Assembly: GCF_963921235.1 (NCBI RefSeq)
Contig: NC_086097.1
Span: 125,738,001 to 125,802,000, forward strand
Source of the DNA: Mobula hypostoma
Lineage: Eukaryota
Direction: 5' to 3'
Length of the DNA: 64,000 bases
Shown: positions 60,546-64,000 of the stretch, piece by piece
Layout: each line of letters starts with the position of its first letter
Numbering within the stretch: position 1 is the stretch's first letter
The notes under the pieces: model-generated
Databases searched by the model: none
Seen by the model: the letters and a program-made list of their open reading frames with translations, nothing else
Told to the model about the DNA's origin: nothing
Position numbers and translations under genes: made by a program

Positions 60546-63130
60546 ATAAGACCATAAGACACAGGTGCAGAGCTAGGCTGTTTTGCCCATTTCTGCTCTA
60601 CCATTTCATCGTGGCTGATCCTCTCAGCCCCAGTCTCCTGCCTTCTCTCTGTAACTCTTCATGCCCTGACTAATTAACATCTGCTAAAAAAGTATACATC
60701 CAATGACTCCACAGCCACCTGTGGCAATGAATTCCACAGATTCACCACTCCAAGTAAAGAAACTACTCATCTCTGTTCTAAATGGACATCCCTCTACTCT
60801 GAGACTGTGTCCTCTGATCTTAGACTCCTGCACCATAGGAAACATCCTCTCCACATCCACTCTACTGAGGCCTTTCAACATGTGAGAGGTTTCAATGAGA
60901 CTCCCTCCCCCAATTCTTCTGAATTCCAGTGAGTTCAAGCCCAGAGCCATCAAACACTCCTCATATGATAAAGCTTTCAATCCCGAAATTATTTTCATGA
61001 ACCTCCTTTGAACTCTCTCTAATGTCAGCATGTCCTTTCTTAGATAAGGGGCCCAAAACTGCTCACAATATACTAAGTGAGGCTACAAAAGTGCCTTATA
61101 AAGCTTCAACACTACATCTTTGCTTTTATATTCTAATCCTCTTGAAATGAATCCTAACATCCCATTTACTTTACTCACCGACTCAACCTGCAAATCAACC
61201 TTTTAGGGAATCCTGCATGAGGACTCTCAAGTACTTCTGCACCTCAGATTTTTGAATTTTCTCTCCACTTAGAAAATAGACTACACTTATTTATTCTACC
61301 AAAGTGCATGATCGTACACTTCCCAACAGTGTATTCCATCTGCCACTTTTTTGCCCAAATCCTAATCTGTGAAAGGCCTTCTATAGACTCCCTGCTTCCT
61401 CAACACTACCTGCCTTTGACCTATCTTTGTATCATCTTCAAACATGGCCACAAAACCAATTTTGTCACCCAAATTATTGACATATTATGTAAAAAACAGT
61501 CCCAACACAGGTCCCTGTGGAAGACAACTAGTCATCAGCAGCCAAACAGAAAAGGTTTCCTTATTTCCACTCTTTGCCTCCTGCCAATCAACCAATCTTC
61601 TAGCCATGCAGTATATTTCCTGTAATACCATGGGCTCTCATCTTGTTAAGCAGTCTCATGTGTGGCACTTTGTCAAAGCCTTCTGAAAATCCAAGTACAC
61701 AACATCCACCGATTCTCCTTTGTTTATTCTGCTTGTTACTTCTTCAAAGAATTCCAACAGATTTGCTAGGCAAGACTTTCCCTTAAGAAAGGGAAATGCT
61801 GACCCGCTTATTTTACCATGTGCCTCAAAGTACCCCGAAACACACCCTTAACAATCAACTCCAACATTGTCCCAACCTGAGGTCAGACGAACTGGCCTAT
61901 AATTTCCTTTAATCTGCTTCTCTCCCTGCTTGAAAAGTGGAGTGACATTTACAATTTCCCAGTCCTCCGGAACCATGCCAGACTCCAGTGATTCATGAAA
62001 GATCATTACTAATACCTCCACAATCTCTTCAGCCAGCTTCTTTCAGAACCCTGAGGTGTAGAACATTTGGTCCAGGTGATTTATCTATCTTCAGATCTTT
62101 CAGCTTCCCAAGCACCTTCTTCCCTAGAAATGACAATATCCCTCACATCTGCCCCCTGACATTCTCAAATTTCTGGCATGCTGTTAGTGCCTTTTACCCT
62201 GAAGACTAATGCAAAATACTTATTCAGTTCACCCACCATCTCCTTGTCCTCCATTACTACTGCTCCAGCATAATTTTCCAGTGGTCCAATATGTAGTCTT
62301 GCCTCTCTTTATATAATATGATGGAACTTCTGGTATTTCTTTAATATTACTGGCTAGCTTACCTTCATATTCCATCGTTTCTTTCTTTATGATTTTTTGT
62401 TGCCTTCTTTGATTTTTAAAGCTTCCCAATCCTCTAACTTTCCACTAATTTTTGTTCTATTACATGCCCTCTGGCTTTTATGTTGGTTTTGACTTCCCTT
62501 GTCAGTCATGGTTGGGCCATCCTTCCTTTAGAACATGACTACTTCTTTGGGATGTATCTATCCTGTACCTTCTGAATTGCTCCCGGAAACTCTAGCCGTT
62601 CTTGCTCTACTGCCATTCCTTCTAGTGTTCCCTTCCAACCAATTTGGCCAGCTCCTCTCTCATGCCTCTGTAATTCCCTTTACTCCACTGCAATACTGAT
62701 ACATCTGACCTTAGCTCCTCCTTCTCAAATTGCAGGGTGAATTCTAACATATTACAATCACTGTCCCCTAAGGCTTCCTTTACCTTAGGCTCTCTGATCA
62801 ATTCTGGTTCATTGCACAACAGCCAATCCAGAATAGCCAGTCCCCTAGTGGGCCTAACCATGAGCTACTCCAAATAGCCATCTTACAGGCATTCTACAAA
62901 TTCCTCCCTCTTGGGATCCAGCACCAACCTGATTTTTCTAATCTACCTGCAGATTGAAATCTTTTGACATGCATTTTCTATCTCTTGTTGTAATTTGTAG
63001 CCCACACCTTTGCTACAGTTCAGAGGTCTGTATTTAACTCCCATCAGTGTCTTTTTAACCCTTGCTGGCTTTTGGCTCGATCCACACAGATTCTACACCT
63101 CCAATCCTTTGTCACCTTTCTAAGGATGTT
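60546..63130 (-). mobile_element. CR1 LINE, about 2.6 kb degenerate ORF2 (sense to UBR5)
   Basis: RPTRGLAILDWLLCNEPELI..LGDSD (APE end), LERVQRRF..LGLNSLE; (ataagacc)n tail at 60546. Confidence 0.9.
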
Positions 63131-63404
63131 TTATGTGACTGAGGTGTTGGATATCTTTATTTTCATGCAAGAATACCATTAAGCATTTTTAAAAGCCATT
63201 TCCTGTTATTTAAAGCTGGGTTGTCTGAGTTGTGGCACATACAATAACCACAATTTTAAATCTAGCACTGCCCATCTAGTCTACTTTAAAGAATATTTCA
63301 GATTTAGTGACTAGCATATATTTTGCAAAAATCTGAGCAAAAAATAAGGATATTTCTCAAACATAGTAGAACTGAGAAATTTTCATTTGGATTAACTAAT
63401 CCAT

Positions 63405-63795
63405 TCATAAGAACACAAGTAGGAGAGTAGATCAATAAGATAATGGCTGACCTAACCATAGACTCATCTCCACCTACCAGCCTTTACTCCATAACCCTTA
63501 CTTCCCCTACTATGCGAAAATCTACCCAACCTTGTCTTGTCTGAGGTAGCCTCCACTGCTTCATTGGGCAAGGAATTCCAGATTCACCACCCTCTGGGAA
63601 AAGTAGTTCCTTCTCATCTCTGTCCTAAACCTACTCCCCCGAATCTTGAAGCTATGTCCCCTAGTGGAAACAACTTTCCTGCCTCTATTTTATGTATCCC
63701 TCTCATAATTTTATGTTTCTATAAGATGTCCTTTCATTCTTCTGAATTCGAGCAAATACAGTCCCAGGTGACTCAATCTCTCCTCATAATCTAAC
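63405..63795 (-). mobile_element. CR1 3' fragment
   Basis: cataagaac..taggag tail; gaattccagattcaccaccctctggg. Confidence 0.75.
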
Positions 63796-64000
63796 TTAGA
63801 TCTTGATTCACTTTTTAAAATGGTTTAATTTACATTCAGTACAACTAATCTTCCCAGTTGGTATATGTTGTGCACATACCAATGCGCTCAAGACTTCATG
63901 CTGATCTTCAATCCTTTGTAAAGCTGACTGAGAAAAACAATGAAGTCTTGTCAGATGCAACTTTAAATTGACAAAGCTCTTATTTTAACTTGCATGGCAC

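Overview
Eukaryotic, repeat-dense vertebrate DNA. The mix of CR1, Rex1/Babar, RTE and Penelope-like retroelements, tRNA-derived SINEs and Tc1/Tigger transposons suggests a cartilaginous fish, probably a ray (inference). The only host gene I can support is the 3' end of UBR5 (EDD/hyd HECT E3 ligase) on the minus strand. It has 15 coding exons from 55449 down to the TAG at 30573, which I spliced by hand into one open frame of 2109 nt (702 aa + stop) covering the MLLE/PABC and HECT domains. The 3'UTR runs to about 29.7 kb, and the earlier exons lie beyond 64000. Positions 1-29.6 kb are intergenic and mostly TE debris; almost all ORF-track entries are TE fragments or spurious. I found no evidence of a wholly new protein-coding system. 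The most interesting signals are at the RNA and TE level: an HDV-like ribozyme candidate with an atypical L3 insert at the 5' end of an RTE LINE, minimal hammerhead motifs in Penelope-like tails, a 55-bp intronic hairpin with a TSD, a twin-priming-type inversion of a Penelope element, two horizontal-transfer candidates, a GC-AG intron and a NAGNAG acceptor in UBR5, and a convergent CTCF motif pair. Family assignments come from recalled motifs, not database searches; boundaries of old repeats are approximate.
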